DNA of 64,000 bases from an uncultured Pseudomonadota bacterium (lineage in GTDB: Bacteria > Pseudomonadota > Alphaproteobacteria > Acetobacterales > Acetobacteraceae). The stretch is from the NCBI GenBank assembly GCA_963736885.1, contig CAVTQN010000007.1, forward strand, positions 144,953-208,952, in the 5' to 3' direction. Numbering within the stretch: position 1 is the stretch's first letter; every line of letters starts with the position of its first letter. A program made the position numbers and the translations under genes. The notes beneath the pieces were generated by a model. It was not told where the DNA came from. It did no database searches and saw only the letters and a list, made by a program, of their open reading frames with translations. Shown here in pieces: positions 1-10,784 of the stretch.

Positions 1-1170
<1,170 letters not shown>

Positions 1171-1177
1171 GCTTAGC

Positions 1178-1732
1178 TTACATCCTCGGCAGCGCGACGC
1201 CGCGCTGGCCCATATATTTGCCCGCCTTGTCGGCGTAGGAGATTTCACAAGCGCTTTCGCCCTTGAGAAACAGAAACTGGCAGATGCCCTCGCCGGCATA
1301 GATCTTGGCCGGCAGCGGGGTGGTGTTGGAAATCTCGATCGTCACCTGGCCTTCCCATTCCGGCTCCAGCGGCGTCACGTTCACGATGATGCCGCAGCGC
1401 GCATAGGTGGATTTGCCAAGGCAGATCACCAGCACATCGCGCGGGATGCGGAAATATTCCACCGTATGGGCCAGCGCGAAGCTATTGGGCGGGATGATGC
1501 AGACCGGCCCGGTGCGGTCGACGAAGCTGGCCTGGTTGAAGTCTTTCGGGTCCACCACCGCCGAATCGACATTGGTGAACACCTTGAACTGGTCCGAGCA
1601 GCGCGCGTCATAGCCATAGGAGGACAGGCCGTAGGAGACCACGCCGTCGCGCTTCTGGCTTTCCACGAAAGGCTCGATCATGCCGGCCTCAAGGGCCTGT
1701 TGGCGGATCCAGTGGTCGGGCATCACGGGCAT
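1178..1732 (-). CDS. dcd: dCTP deaminase
   Basis: The last 184 aa of ORF 1178..1891 read [22 protein letters not shown]...[66 protein letters not shown]. The upstream part of the ORF is Arg/Gly/Pro read-through, so the start is placed at ATG 1732. Confidence 0.9.
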   Translation of the reverse strand: MPVMPDHWIRQQALEAGMIEPFVESQKRDGVVSYGLSSYGYDARCSDQFKVFTNVDSAVVDPKDFNQASFVDRTGPVCIIPPNSFALAHTVEYFRIPRDVLVICLGKSTYARCGIIVNVTPLEPEWEGQVTIEISNTTPLPAKIYAGEGICQFLFLKGESACEISYADKAGKYMGQRGVALPRM

Positions 1733-1884
1733 TCGGGATCGTCCTTCTTTTCGGCGGGTTTGGCGCGGGCCTGGGCCTTGCGCCGGGCCAGGTTGGCGCG
1801 CAGGGCGGCGGCCTCGGCTTCCTCCCGCGCCAAACGCGCGGCCTCGGCTGGTGTCGGTTTGGAGGGAGGGGGCGGCGCCTTCAT
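1723..1884 (-). CDS. Small basic Ala/Arg/Lys-rich hypothetical protein (53 aa)
   Basis: [53 protein letters not shown]. It overlaps the dcd start by 10 nt, suggesting possible coupling. It is low-complexity and no family was recognised with certainty. Confidence 0.3.
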   Translation of the reverse strand: MKAPPPPSKPTPAEAARLAREEAEAAALRANLARRKAQARAKPAEKKDDPECP

Positions 1885-1952
1885 GGGGCAAGTTTCAAGC
1901 CGCGTCACGGCGGTTCCGTCAAGGGCGATGGTGAAGGAGATTTTTCGGACAT

Positions 1953-2027
1953 TGGAGCGGGCGAAGGGATTCGAACCCTCGACCCCAACCTTGGCAAGGT
2001 TGTGCTCTACCCCTGAGCTACGCCCGC
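1953..2027 (-). tRNA. tRNA-Gly (anticodon GCC)
   Basis: The reverse complement is GCGGGCGTAGCTCAGGGGTAGAGCACAACCTTGCCAAGGTTGGGGTCGAGGGTTCGAATCCCTTCGCCCGCTCCA. It has a 7-bp acceptor stem, a CTTGCCAAG anticodon loop region, a canonical TTCGAAT T-loop and an encoded CCA. Confidence 0.93.
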
Positions 2028-2049
2028 AACATGTCACGCCTCTAAATTT

Positions 2050-2125
2050 TGGAGCGGGCGAAGGGATTTCGAACCCTCGACCCCAACCTTGGCAAGGTTG
2101 TGCTCTACCCCTGAGCTACGCCCGC
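2050..2125 (-). tRNA. tRNA-Gly (GCC), second tandem copy with a 1-nt insertion in the T-loop
   Basis: It is identical to the copy at 1953..2027 except that the T-loop reads TTCGAAAT (8 nt, plus strand gggatttcgaaccc versus gggattcgaaccc). The two copies are 22 nt apart. Confidence 0.8.
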
Positions 2126-2270
2126 TCGCGGCGTGGGAGGCTCTTTATAGTCCCGCGCAGTGGATTGCAAGACAGCTTCGGCGTGTTTACGCCGCCGGGC
2201 GGCTTTGGGGTGTGAGAGGCGGTGTCGTTCCTATATAAGGGGGCGGAAACCCTATGACGGATCAAAATAA

Positions 2271-3209
2271 ATGAGCACGCTGTTCAACGACGCGCCGGGC
2301 GCGACAACCGCTGATACGGCCGCCTTCATCATCGACGGCGATCAGGCCAATTTCATGGCCGATGTCATCGAGGCCTCGCGCGACTTGCCGGTGATCGTGG
2401 ATTTCTGGGCCACCTGGTGCGGCCCCTGCAAAACGCTGACCCCCGCGCTGGAGCGGGTGACCCGCGCGCAGAACGGGCGCGTGCGGCTGGTGAAGATCGA
2501 TGTCGACAAGAATCGCGAGCTGGTCTCCCAACTCGCCCGCATGGGGCTGCCCATGCAGTCCGTGCCCACAATCGTCGCCTTCTGGCAGGGGCAGATCGCC
2601 GATACGTTCTCCGGCGCGCAGCCGGAGAGCGAGGTGAAGCGATTCGTCGAGGCGCTGCTGAAGCTGGCGGGCTCCGCCGCGCCGGGGGAGGCGTTGATCG
2701 CCGAGGCCAAGGCGCTGCTGGAGCAGGGCCAGGCGGAAGCTGCCGCGCAATATTTCGGGGCAGCCTTGCAGGAGGCGCATGACAAGCCGGAAGCCTGGGG
2801 CGGGCTGGCCCGCGCTTTGCTGGCCATGGGCGATGAGGAGCAGGCCGAGCAGCTTCTCACCCAGGTGCCGGAAGCGCTGGCCGGGCATGCCGAGATCACC
2901 GGGGCACGCGCGGCGCTGAGCCTGGCGCAGGAAGGGCGCAAGGCGCAGGCCGCGACGGAAGGGCTGGAGACCCGCCTCGCCGCGAATCCGGATGACCATG
3001 AGGCGCGCTATGAGCTGGCGACGGCCCTGAACGCCACCGGCGCGCGGGCCGAGGCGGCGGCGGCGCTGCTGGAGATCATCAAGCGCGACCGGGCCTGGAA
3101 CGAGGATGGCGCGCGGCTGCAATTGCTGAAATTCTTCGAGGCCTGGGGCATGGACGACCCGGCGACGATGGCCGCCCGCCGCAAGCTCTCGGCGCTGCTG
3201 TTCCGTTGA
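2271..3209 (+). CDS. Thioredoxin-domain / TPR co-chaperone (YbbN/CnoX-like)
   Basis: It has the WATWCGPCK thioredoxin motif near the N-terminus, followed by an Ala/Glu-rich TPR-like C-terminal half. The 312-aa ORF is intact. Confidence 0.85.
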   Translation: MSTLFNDAPGATTADTAAFIIDGDQANFMADVIEASRDLPVIVDFWATWCGPCKTLTPALERVTRAQNGRVRLVKIDVDKNRELVSQLARMGLPMQSVPTIVAFWQGQIADTFSGAQPESEVKRFVEALLKLAGSAAPGEALIAEAKALLEQGQAEAAAQYFGAALQEAHDKPEAWGGLARALLAMGDEEQAEQLLTQVPEALAGHAEITGARAALSLAQEGRKAQAATEGLETRLAANPDDHEARYELATALNATGARAEAAAALLEIIKRDRAWNEDGARLQLLKFFEAWGMDDPATMAARRKLSALLFR

Positions 3210-3213
3210 ACGG

Positions 3214-3885
3214 ATGAGCATCGCCCCCCCCCGCCTGGAAGATCTGCCGGAGGAATTCCCGGTCTTTCCCCTCGGCGGGGCGCTTTTGCTGCCGCAGGGG
3301 CGGTTGCCGCTGAATATTTTCGAGCCGCGCTACCGGGCGATGGTCGAGGATGCGCTGGGGCAGGGGCGCTATTTCGGCATGGTGCAGCCGGATAAACGCC
3401 TGGCGCGCGGCGAGACTGGCCCCGGCCTGTTCCGCACCGGCTGCCTGGGGCGCATCTCCTCCTTCGATGAGACCGATGACGGGCGCTATCTGATCACCCT
3501 GACCGGCGTGATCCGCTTCACAATCGCCGAGGAGATTGAGATGCAGCGCGGCTACCGGCGCGTGCGGGCGGGGCTGGCCGGTTTTGCGGCGGATCTGCGC
3601 GCCCCGGACGAGGCGCTGCCCTTTCCCCGGCAGCTTCTGCTGGATGCGCTGGGCCGCTATTTCGCCGCCGCCGGGGTGGAGGCGAATTGGGACGCGATCG
3701 GTGAGATGAACGATTCGTCGCTGGTCAATTCGCTCTGCATGGCCTGCCCCTTCGCCGATGAGGAGAAACAGGCCCTGCTGGAGGCAAAAGACCCGCTGCA
3801 GCGCGCAGAAGCCCTGCGCGCCCTGCTGGAGATCGATTCCTTCGACGGCGGCCCAGGCAACGGCAAAACCCCCAAAGCGAGTTGA
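3214..3885 (+). CDS. LON peptidase substrate-binding (LON N-terminal) domain protein
   Basis: [34 protein letters not shown] is the characteristic Lon-N motif. The protein is 223 aa. Confidence 0.8.
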   Translation: MSIAPPRLEDLPEEFPVFPLGGALLLPQGRLPLNIFEPRYRAMVEDALGQGRYFGMVQPDKRLARGETGPGLFRTGCLGRISSFDETDDGRYLITLTGVIRFTIAEEIEMQRGYRRVRAGLAGFAADLRAPDEALPFPRQLLLDALGRYFAAAGVEANWDAIGEMNDSSLVNSLCMACPFADEEKQALLEAKDPLQRAEALRALLEIDSFDGGPGNGKTPKAS

Positions 3886-3890
3886 GACAC

Positions 3891-4085
3891 ATGACCAACG
3901 AAACAAACGAGCCGGGGCTGGACCCGCGCTTGCTGGAAATGCTGATCTGCCCGGTGACGCGCGGGAAGCTGACCTATGACCGCGCCCGTGGCGAGCTGAT
4001 CAGCGAGAAGGCGCGGCTGGCGTTTCCCATCCGCAATGGCATTCCCATTATGCTGGCCGAAGAGGCGAGGCCGCTGGACCCGTGA
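3891..4085 (+). CDS. Trm112/YcaR (UPF0434) family small protein
   Basis: [21 protein letters not shown]...[23 protein letters not shown] 3891 is preferred over the TTG at 3882, which overlaps the upstream stop. Confidence 0.8.
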   Translation: MTNETNEPGLDPRLLEMLICPVTRGKLTYDRARGELISEKARLAFPIRNGIPIMLAEEARPLDP

Positions 4086-4112
4086 GGGGGAAGCTGACCA
4101 TCCGCATGTCTG

Positions 4113-5597
4113 GTGCGGTTTACCTCCGGCTGTGGGCGCATCGGCTTTTCCGTGTCTGACGCGCAAGCCGCCGAGCTGGAGCCGGTCGTATCCGTCAAGC
4201 GCATGCGCACCACCGCGATCATCGTCGCGGTGGCCTTGTTCATGCAGAATCTCAATTCGACCGTGGTGACCACGGCGCTGCCGGCCATGGCCAGGAGTTT
4301 CCATACAGATCCGCTCTATATGAGCGTCGCGGTCACCTCCTACCTCATTGCGCTTTCCGTGTTCATCCCGGCCTCCGGCTGGGTGGCGGACAGGTTTGGG
4401 GCCAGGCAAGTGTTCCGGGTGGCGGTCATCATCTTCACGCTGGGGTCGGTCTTCTGCGGCGTGGCGCCGAATCTGCTGGTGCTGGTGGCCGCCCGTGTGC
4501 TGCAGGGGTTGGGCGGGGCGATGATGCTGCCTGTCGGAAGGTTGCTGTTGCTGCGCTCGGTCAGCCGGTCGCAGATGGTCTCCGCCATGGCGTGGCTGAC
4601 CATGCCGGCACTGGTGGGACCGATTCTGGGGCCGCCGCTGGGCGGGTTCATCGTCTCGGTGTCGTCCTGGCGCTGGGTGTTTGATATCAATGTGCCCATC
4701 GGCATTGCCGGGGCCATCGCGGTCTCGCTGTTTATCCCGGATGTACGCGAGGAGGGGCGCGGCGGGCATCTGGACACGCTGGGCCTGGTGTTTTCCGGTT
4801 TGGCGATGGCCTTGCTGATGGCGGGGATGGAGACGGTGGGGCGCGGCCTGGTGCCGTTGTCCTGGACGCTGCTGGCCTTTGCGGGCGGCGCAGCGGCTTG
4901 TGTGGCGTACTGGCTGCACGCGCGGCGGGTGGAGACGCCGGTGCTGGATTTCACGCTGTTCCGGGTGCCGACATTCTCCATTTCCCTGACGGCGGGCAGC
5001 CTGTTCCGGGTTGCGGTGGGCGCCATGCCCTTTCTTCTGCCGTTGATGCTGCAGCTTGGCTTCGGCAAATCCCCCCTGCAAAGCGGCTTGATCACCTTCG
5101 CCTCAGCGGCCGGTGCCTTGTCGATGAAGCTGGCGGCGCAACCGCTGCTGGAGCGTTTCGGCTTCCGCGCCGTGCTGGTCTGGAATGGCGTGGTGGCGGC
5201 GCTGACCATGTCGTTGGCCGCGGTCTTTTCACCGGCTTGGCCCGCCTGGTTGATGTGCGCCGTGCTGTTCATCTCCGGGTTTTTCCGCTCCCTGCAATTC
5301 ACCGCCTATAACACGATCGCTTATGGGGATATTCCGCGCCCGCGCATGTCCGCCGCGACGACCCTGTACACCACGGTGCAGCAGCTTTCCCTGACGCTGG
5401 GGGTGGTTCTGGGGGCGGCGAGCCTGGAGATTTCAAGCTGGGCCTCGGGGCATGCGGCTCCAACCTTGTTTGACTATGAGATGGCCTTCCTGGTGGTCAG
5501 TGCCATGGCGTTGATGGCCTCGCCCCTGTGCGCGCGGCTGCAGCAAGATGCGGGCAATACACTTACCGGCCATCACCCGGCGCGGAAAGACGCCTGA
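4113..5597 (+). CDS. MFS transporter, DHA2 (EmrB/QacA-like, 14-TMS type)
   Basis: FMQNLNSTVVTTALPAMA...SGWVADRFGARQVF plus many hydrophobic segments. The true start is uncertain (GTG 4113, GTG 4152 or ATG 4203). Confidence 0.85.
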   Translation: MRFTSGCGRIGFSVSDAQAAELEPVVSVKRMRTTAIIVAVALFMQNLNSTVVTTALPAMARSFHTDPLYMSVAVTSYLIALSVFIPASGWVADRFGARQVFRVAVIIFTLGSVFCGVAPNLLVLVAARVLQGLGGAMMLPVGRLLLLRSVSRSQMVSAMAWLTMPALVGPILGPPLGGFIVSVSSWRWVFDINVPIGIAGAIAVSLFIPDVREEGRGGHLDTLGLVFSGLAMALLMAGMETVGRGLVPLSWTLLAFAGGAAACVAYWLHARRVETPVLDFTLFRVPTFSISLTAGSLFRVAVGAMPFLLPLMLQLGFGKSPLQSGLITFASAAGALSMKLAAQPLLERFGFRAVLVWNGVVAALTMSLAAVFSPAWPAWLMCAVLFISGFFRSLQFTAYNTIAYGDIPRPRMSAATTLYTTVQQLSLTLGVVLGAASLEISSWASGHAAPTLFDYEMAFLVVSAMALMASPLCARLQQDAGNTLTGHHPARKDA

Positions 5598-5617
5598 GGG
5601 TGAAGTCTGGCCAGGTC

Positions 5618-6139
5618 TCAGCCGCAATCCTTGGGCAGCAGGAAGCGCTTCAGGTTGGCCGAGCCGGGGCCGAGCTGCCGCCACGAGCTGGTGACCAGGA
5701 ATTCCGCCAGCGCGGCGGTGGGGTAGCCGTCATCAATACGCGCGGCGGCGTTATCGGGGCGGGTGGCGCCGGCCAGTGCCAGTGCCAGCTCATGCAGCCC
5801 GGGATTATGCCCGATGACGATGGCGCTGCGCACGGTCTCCGGCAGGTCGCGCAGGGCGCCCAGGATTTGCGGCGGCGTTGCCATGTAGAGTTGGGGCAGG
5901 GAATCGATATTCGGCCACTCATCCCAGACGGGGGCGTTTTCCAGCTCCTCCAGCGTCTGCTGGGTGCGGGTGGCGGTTGAGACGAGCACGACCTCCGGCG
6001 CCAGCCCGGCCTTGCGCATGGCCTGGCCGATTTTACCCGCGGCGCGCCGGCCCTTTTCCGTCAAGGCGCGGTCATGGTCGGAAAGCCCTTTCACCTCGGT
6101 TTCGGCCTTGGCGTGACGAAGGAAAATCAGCTGGTGCAT
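5618..6139 (-). CDS. Histidine phosphatase family protein (SixA-like)
   Basis: MHQLIFLRHAKAE...LTEKGRRAA...VIGHNPGL carries the RHA and H-N-P catalytic motifs. The start is at ATG 6139, and the rest of ORF 5618..6427 is read-through. Confidence 0.8.
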   Translation of the reverse strand: MHQLIFLRHAKAETEVKGLSDHDRALTEKGRRAAGKIGQAMRKAGLAPEVVLVSTATRTQQTLEELENAPVWDEWPNIDSLPQLYMATPPQILGALRDLPETVRSAIVIGHNPGLHELALALAGATRPDNAAARIDDGYPTAALAEFLVTSSWRQLGPGSANLKRFLLPKDCG

Positions 6140-6212
6140 AAGCAGGATAGTGCCATGGTAGAAGGCGCCTGTCGCCCCTATGTGGCGCGGTAAAGTTGGT
6201 CGGAAGGGATGC

Positions 6213-6890
6213 ATGAAGCTGATGCGGCAGAGACTTGAACGGCGTGGGTTTTTGGCGGGTGCGGCGGCCTTGGCGGCGATGCCGGCCGCGGCGGCAACGA
6301 GGCTTCCCGTGCCGCCCGGTGGAGAGATGCACTTCAAGATTTTCCGGAATGGTTCGCCGATCGGTGAACAACATATGAAATTTACCCAGACGGGCGATGA
6401 GTTGCGGGTGGATATCGATGCCGACATGGTGGTGACACTGGCCGGGATTCCGGTGTTTCATTACCAGGTCAACGCGGTGGAGCGCTGGTCAGGCGGGCAG
6501 TTCACGCGGCTGGACAGCAAGGTGAACCATAACGGCACCATGCTGTCCGTGCAGGCGACCCAGATTCCGGGTGGTTTTGCCGTCGAGAGCACCAAGGCCG
6601 GCGATTACCAATATACCGGCAGCCCGCCGCTGCTGCCGATGACCTACTGGAACAAGGCAATGTTGCAGGCGATGATCCTGAACGTGGAGACCGGCCGGCA
6701 TTACCCCGCCATCGTCAATTCGCCGGGCTGGTACAAGCTGCCCACCGCCGATGGCGGCACGATCGTGGCGCAGCGTTTCGACGTGACGGGCAAGCTGCAT
6801 CTGACCGTCTGGTACGACCAGTATGACCAATGGTCGGGGCTTGAATTCCACGTCGATGGCGACGAGGTGTTTCAGAAATATATCAGCTAG
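6213..6890 (+). CDS. Exported hypothetical protein with Tat-type signal (DUF6134-like)
   Basis: The N-terminus MKLMRQRLERRGFLAGAAALAAMPAAAA carries a twin-arginine motif, and a GGAAGGGA RBS sits upstream. The family assignment is from memory only. Confidence 0.6.
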   Translation: MKLMRQRLERRGFLAGAAALAAMPAAAATRLPVPPGGEMHFKIFRNGSPIGEQHMKFTQTGDELRVDIDADMVVTLAGIPVFHYQVNAVERWSGGQFTRLDSKVNHNGTMLSVQATQIPGGFAVESTKAGDYQYTGSPPLLPMTYWNKAMLQAMILNVETGRHYPAIVNSPGWYKLPTADGGTIVAQRFDVTGKLHLTVWYDQYDQWSGLEFHVDGDEVFQKYIS

Positions 6891-6946
6891 ATCAATATGC
6901 GTTTAGATTGAATCGCCCGGTTCAATTCAAACGCATGAAATTGATC
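6890..6946. repeat. Long imperfect palindrome directly after a stop codon (hairpin element, family member 1)
   Basis: gatcaatATGCGTTTAGATTGAAtcgcccggTTCAATTCAAACGCATgaaattgatc has 16-nt arms with 2 mismatches plus outer GATCAAT/ATTGATC arms. No U-tract follows it. Confidence 0.6.
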
Positions 6947-7077
6947 GCTCAGGCAAAGGCTGGAGCGTAGTGCGTTGCTGGGGGCGCGCTTCAAGCCGTT
7001 AATGGAGCAGCCACGCCTACTCGGTTGGACCGAATGAGGCGGTCCAATCTAACCGGGTTGCACGAGCAAGCCGGCTG

Positions 7078-7374
7078 TCAGCCGAAATTCTGTTCCGGAT
7101 GGCGCAGATGCCAGAGCCGCTCATGCGCGGCGACAAGGCTCTCGATGCTCTTGCGCCGGTTGGCATCGGGCGGCACGGTGCGGCGGGTGAGCATGGATTC
7201 CAGGATGCGCAGCAACTGCTCGGCGATCTCGTAATCGCCCTGGTCGCAGGCATGGTGGAAGGCGAGCAGTATCTTATCCGATAAGCGGCGGCTATAGCGC
7301 GGCGCGCCTGTTTGCGCCCGGGAGGCTGCGGTCTCGGTGTCGTCTTCAGAAGCTGTCAAACCTGCCATGTTCAT
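7078..7374 (-). CDS. Conserved small hypothetical protein (98 aa)
   Basis: The ORF is intact, and its C-terminal motif LLAFHHACDQGDYEIAEQLLRILESMLTRR...LVAAHERLWHLRH resembles a recurrent alphaproteobacterial orphan family. The function is unknown. Confidence 0.5.
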   Translation of the reverse strand: MNMAGLTASEDDTETAASRAQTGAPRYSRRLSDKILLAFHHACDQGDYEIAEQLLRILESMLTRRTVPPDANRRKSIESLVAAHERLWHLRHPEQNFG

Positions 7375-7549
7375 TTTGGTCCGCTACTAAAAGGCGTTGT
7401 AAAATGATTTGAGAGGGGAGGTTTGGGCTCATTGATTCGTCTCAATTTTTGCACCACACCTAAATTCCCGCTGTCACGCATGATCTTCATACGATTTATA
7501 AAGATATGTTCCCAGCCTCGATTGTTAGGAGAAATTTATCTTCTATGCC

Positions 7550-7603
7550 AGAGAAAAACAAAGCCCTCTGAATAATTTGGAAATTTCCAGCTATTCAGAG
7601 GGG
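7550..7603 (-). terminator. Rho-independent terminator downstream of nrdB
   Basis: On the minus strand, an 11-bp stem CCCTCTGAATA / TATTCAGAGGG (7564-7574 / 7592-7602) is followed by CTTTGTTTTTCTC. Confidence 0.7.
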
Positions 7604-7640
7604 GCGGTTTCTTAATTTAATTAAATATGTTTGTTGTTCA

Positions 7641-8705
7641 TTATCCTGCCGGGTCGGCCGGCTGGTCGAAGTCAGCGAAGGCGTCTTCCCAGGAGCCGGA
7701 GGTCGCGGCTTTGCTGTATTCCGTGGAGCGGTTTTCAAAGAAATTCGCATGCTCGACGGCGTTCAGCATTTCGTCCAGCCAGGGCAGCGGGTTCTTCTCG
7801 ACATGGAAGAGCGCGTTCAGCCCCAGCCCGCCCAAGCGGCGGTCGGCGATGTAGCGGATATAGCGCTTCACCTCCTCGGCGGTGAGTCCTTCCACGGCGC
7901 CGAATTCGAAGGCCAGGTCGATGAATGCGTCTTCATGGTCGACGATGGTCGCGCAGGTGAGATAGATCTCCCGGCGCAGTTCTTCCGTCCACAACTCAGG
8001 GTTTTCACCGATAAAGGTCCGGAACAGCTTGGTGATGGACTCGCAATGCAGGGACTCATCGCGCACTGACCAAGTGATGATCTGCCCCATGCCCTTCATC
8101 TTGTTGAAGCGCGGGAAGTTCAGCAGGATGGCGAAGGAGGCGAAGAGCTGCAGCCCTTCGGTAAAGGCCCCGAAGGCGGCCAGGGTCTTGGCGATCTCAT
8201 GCTTGTTCTCCATCGAGAAGCTGTGCATGTAATCGTATTTGTCCTTCATCTCCTTGTATTTGAGGAAGGCCGTATATTCGACTTCGGGCATGCCCACGGT
8301 GTCGAGCAGGTGGGAATAGGCCGCGATATGCACGGTCTCGATGTTCGAGAAGGCCGAGAGCATCATCAGCACTTCGGTGGGTTTGAACACCTGGGCATAC
8401 TGCTTCATGTAGCAGTTGTTCACCTCGACATCCGCTTGCGTGAAGAAGCGGAAGATCTGGGTGAGCAGGTTGCGCTCGGCATCGGTGATGTTCCTGTGCC
8501 AGTCCTTCACGTCATCGGCCAGCGGCACTTCCTCGGGCAGCCAATGCACGCGCTGCTGGGTCAGCCACGCCTCATAGGCCCAGGGGTAGCGGAAGGGCTT
8601 GTAGACCGGGTTCTCGGTCAGCAGGTCGAGTTTGCGCTCCCCTTCGGGGGCGACGGAGGTGGTGATGTGTCCGCTCATGATCAATGCCTTCAAAGACTGG
8701 GCCAT
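7641..8705 (-). CDS. nrdB: Class Ia ribonucleotide reductase beta subunit
   Basis: The 354-aa ORF contains ...FRFFTQADVEVNNCY...SNIETVHIAAYSHLL...FTEGLQLFASFAILLNF...WSVRDESLHC (di-iron/tyrosyl radical motifs). Confidence 0.92.
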   Translation of the reverse strand: MAQSLKALIMSGHITTSVAPEGERKLDLLTENPVYKPFRYPWAYEAWLTQQRVHWLPEEVPLADDVKDWHRNITDAERNLLTQIFRFFTQADVEVNNCYMKQYAQVFKPTEVLMMLSAFSNIETVHIAAYSHLLDTVGMPEVEYTAFLKYKEMKDKYDYMHSFSMENKHEIAKTLAAFGAFTEGLQLFASFAILLNFPRFNKMKGMGQIITWSVRDESLHCESITKLFRTFIGENPELWTEELRREIYLTCATIVDHEDAFIDLAFEFGAVEGLTAEEVKRYIRYIADRRLGGLGLNALFHVEKNPLPWLDEMLNAVEHANFFENRSTEYSKAATSGSWEDAFADFDQPADPAG

Positions 8706-8878
8706 GGCCCTAATCCTTAACTAATGGGGGATGGGCCTTATGCCCAGCTTGGGGGCCAAGGGCAGCACCCCCTGGCGGGTTCCAGGGTAGCACATCGGCC
8801 TTAAATTTTATAATAAGCGAGCGTGATGCCCCCAAATACCGGGGACGCAAACAACCGCATGCGGCTGGCCATTCAGAC

Positions 8879-10756
8879 TTACTGGCAGGCCAGGCATTCC
8901 TCGTAATTATTCGCGCTGGCGGCCACGGGCACAGGTGCTGCGCCATCGTTCGCCGCCTCGCTACCCATCGCCACCATCACCTTTTTCTCCGACACGTTAT
9001 CGGCACGCTGAATGGAGAGCGAGCGGCAATAATACAGCGACTTCACGCCGCGCTTCCAGGCCTGGAAATGGATCTGGTGCAGGTCGCGCTTATGCACATT
9101 GGCCGGCAGGAAGAGATTGATCGACTGGCTCTGGCAGATGAACGGGGCGCGGTCGGCGGCATGCTCGATGATCCAGCGCTGGTCCAGCTCGAAGGCGGTC
9201 TTGTACACGTCCTTCTCATGCTGGGTCAGGAAGTCCAGATGCTGCACCGAGCCCTTGGTGGTGGTGATGGAGGACCAGGTCTCCTCGTCATCGCGGCCAT
9301 ATTTGGCGAGCAGCTTCTGCAACGGCCGGTTGCGCACCGAGAAGCTGCCCGAGAGGGTCTTCTGCAGGAACACATTGGCCGCGATCGGCTCGATGCCCGG
9401 CGAGGTGTTGCCGGTGATGATCGAGATGGAGGCGGTCGGCGCGATGGCGATCTTGTGGCTGAAGCGCTCCTCGATGCCGTAATCGGCGGCATCCGGGCAG
9501 GCGCCGCGCTCGGCCGCCAGCTTCTTCGAAGCCGCGTCGGCCTGCGCGCGGATATGCTTGAACATCTTGATGTTCCAGACCTTCGCCATGACGCTTTCCC
9601 AGGGCACGTTCTGGTCCTGCAGGAAGGAGTGGAAGCCCATCACCCCCATGCCGACCGAGCGTTCGCGGAAGGCCGCATATTTGGCCCGCTCCATGGAATC
9701 CGGCGCCTTCTGGATGAAATCCTCCAGCACGTTGTCGAGGAAGCGCATCACGTCCTCGATGAACTGCTCGTCCTTGTGCCACTCGAACCAGGTCTCGAGA
9801 TTGAGCGAGGAGAGGCAGCATACGGCGGTGCGCTGCTTGCCGTACTGGTCGATGCCGGTGGGCAGGGTGATCTCGGCGCAGAGATTGGAGGTCTTCACCT
9901 CCAGCCCGGCCAGCTTGTGCTGCTCGGGGCGGGCGTTGTTCACGTGGTCCGAGTAGATGATGTACGGCTCGCCCTGCTCGATGCGGGTGGTGAGGATGCG
10001 GATCCACAGGCCACGCGCTGAAACCGAGCGGACATGGCTGCCATCCTTCGGGGATTTCAGCGTCCACATCTCATCGGCCTCGACCGCGCGCATGAACTCA
10101 TCGGAGATCAGCACGCCGTGATGCAGGTTGAGCGCCTTGCGGTTGGGATCGCCGCCGGTGGGGCGGCGCATATCGACGAATTCCTCGATCTCGGGGTGCC
10201 AGATCGGCAGGTACACCGCCGCCGAGCCGCGCCGCAGCGAGCCCTGGGAGATGGCGAGGGTGAGAGAATCCATCACGCGGATGAAGGGGATGATGCCGGA
10301 GGTCTTGCCGTTCTTGCCGACCTTCTCGCCGATGGAGCGCAGATTGCCCCAATAGGAGCCGATGCCGCCGCCCTTGGAGGCGAGCCAGACATTCTCGTTC
10401 CACAGCCCGACAATGCCGTCCAGCGTGTCAGTGGCCTCGTTCAGGAAGCAGGAGATCGGCAGGCCGCGATCCGTGCCGCCATTGGAGAGCACCGGGGTGG
10501 CGGGCATGAACCACATCTTGGAGATGTAGTCATAAAGACGCTGCGCATGGGCCTGGTTGTCGCCATAATAGGAGGCGACGCGCGCGAAGAGGTCCTGATA
10601 GTCCTCGCCGGGCAGCAGGTAGCGGTCATCCAGCGTGGCGCGGCCGAAATCCGTGAGCAGCGAGTCGCGCGAGCGGTCCACCGTCACCTGGAAGCGGCCC
10701 GGCATCTGCACTGCGTCGTCTAGCAACACGGCTTCAGGCTTTGTCATCATGTTCAT
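8879..10756 (-). CDS. nrdA: Class Ia ribonucleotide reductase alpha subunit
   Basis: MNMMTKPEAV...MPATPVLSNGGT...SCFLNEA...NLCAEITLP...YYCRS... The start is placed at ATG 10756 inside ORF 8879..10819. Confidence 0.92.
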   Translation of the reverse strand: MNMMTKPEAVLLDDAVQMPGRFQVTVDRSRDSLLTDFGRATLDDRYLLPGEDYQDLFARVASYYGDNQAHAQRLYDYISKMWFMPATPVLSNGGTDRGLPISCFLNEATDTLDGIVGLWNENVWLASKGGGIGSYWGNLRSIGEKVGKNGKTSGIIPFIRVMDSLTLAISQGSLRRGSAAVYLPIWHPEIEEFVDMRRPTGGDPNRKALNLHHGVLISDEFMRAVEADEMWTLKSPKDGSHVRSVSARGLWIRILTTRIEQGEPYIIYSDHVNNARPEQHKLAGLEVKTSNLCAEITLPTGIDQYGKQRTAVCCLSSLNLETWFEWHKDEQFIEDVMRFLDNVLEDFIQKAPDSMERAKYAAFRERSVGMGVMGFHSFLQDQNVPWESVMAKVWNIKMFKHIRAQADAASKKLAAERGACPDAADYGIEERFSHKIAIAPTASISIITGNTSPGIEPIAANVFLQKTLSGSFSVRNRPLQKLLAKYGRDDEETWSSITTTKGSVQHLDFLTQHEKDVYKTAFELDQRWIIEHAADRAPFICQSQSINLFLPANVHKRDLHQIHFQAWKRGVKSLYYCRSLSIQRADNVSEKKVMVAMGSEAANDGAAPVPVAASANNYEECLACQ

Positions 10757-10784
10757 CGTCGCCGGACCCTTGTTCGTAAAGCGG

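Noticed and set aside
3657-5081. 474-aa minus-strand ORF opposite the MFS transporter
   Set aside because: It is extremely Arg/His/Gln/Pro-rich with no domain-like stretches. The plus strand encodes an obvious multi-TMS transporter.
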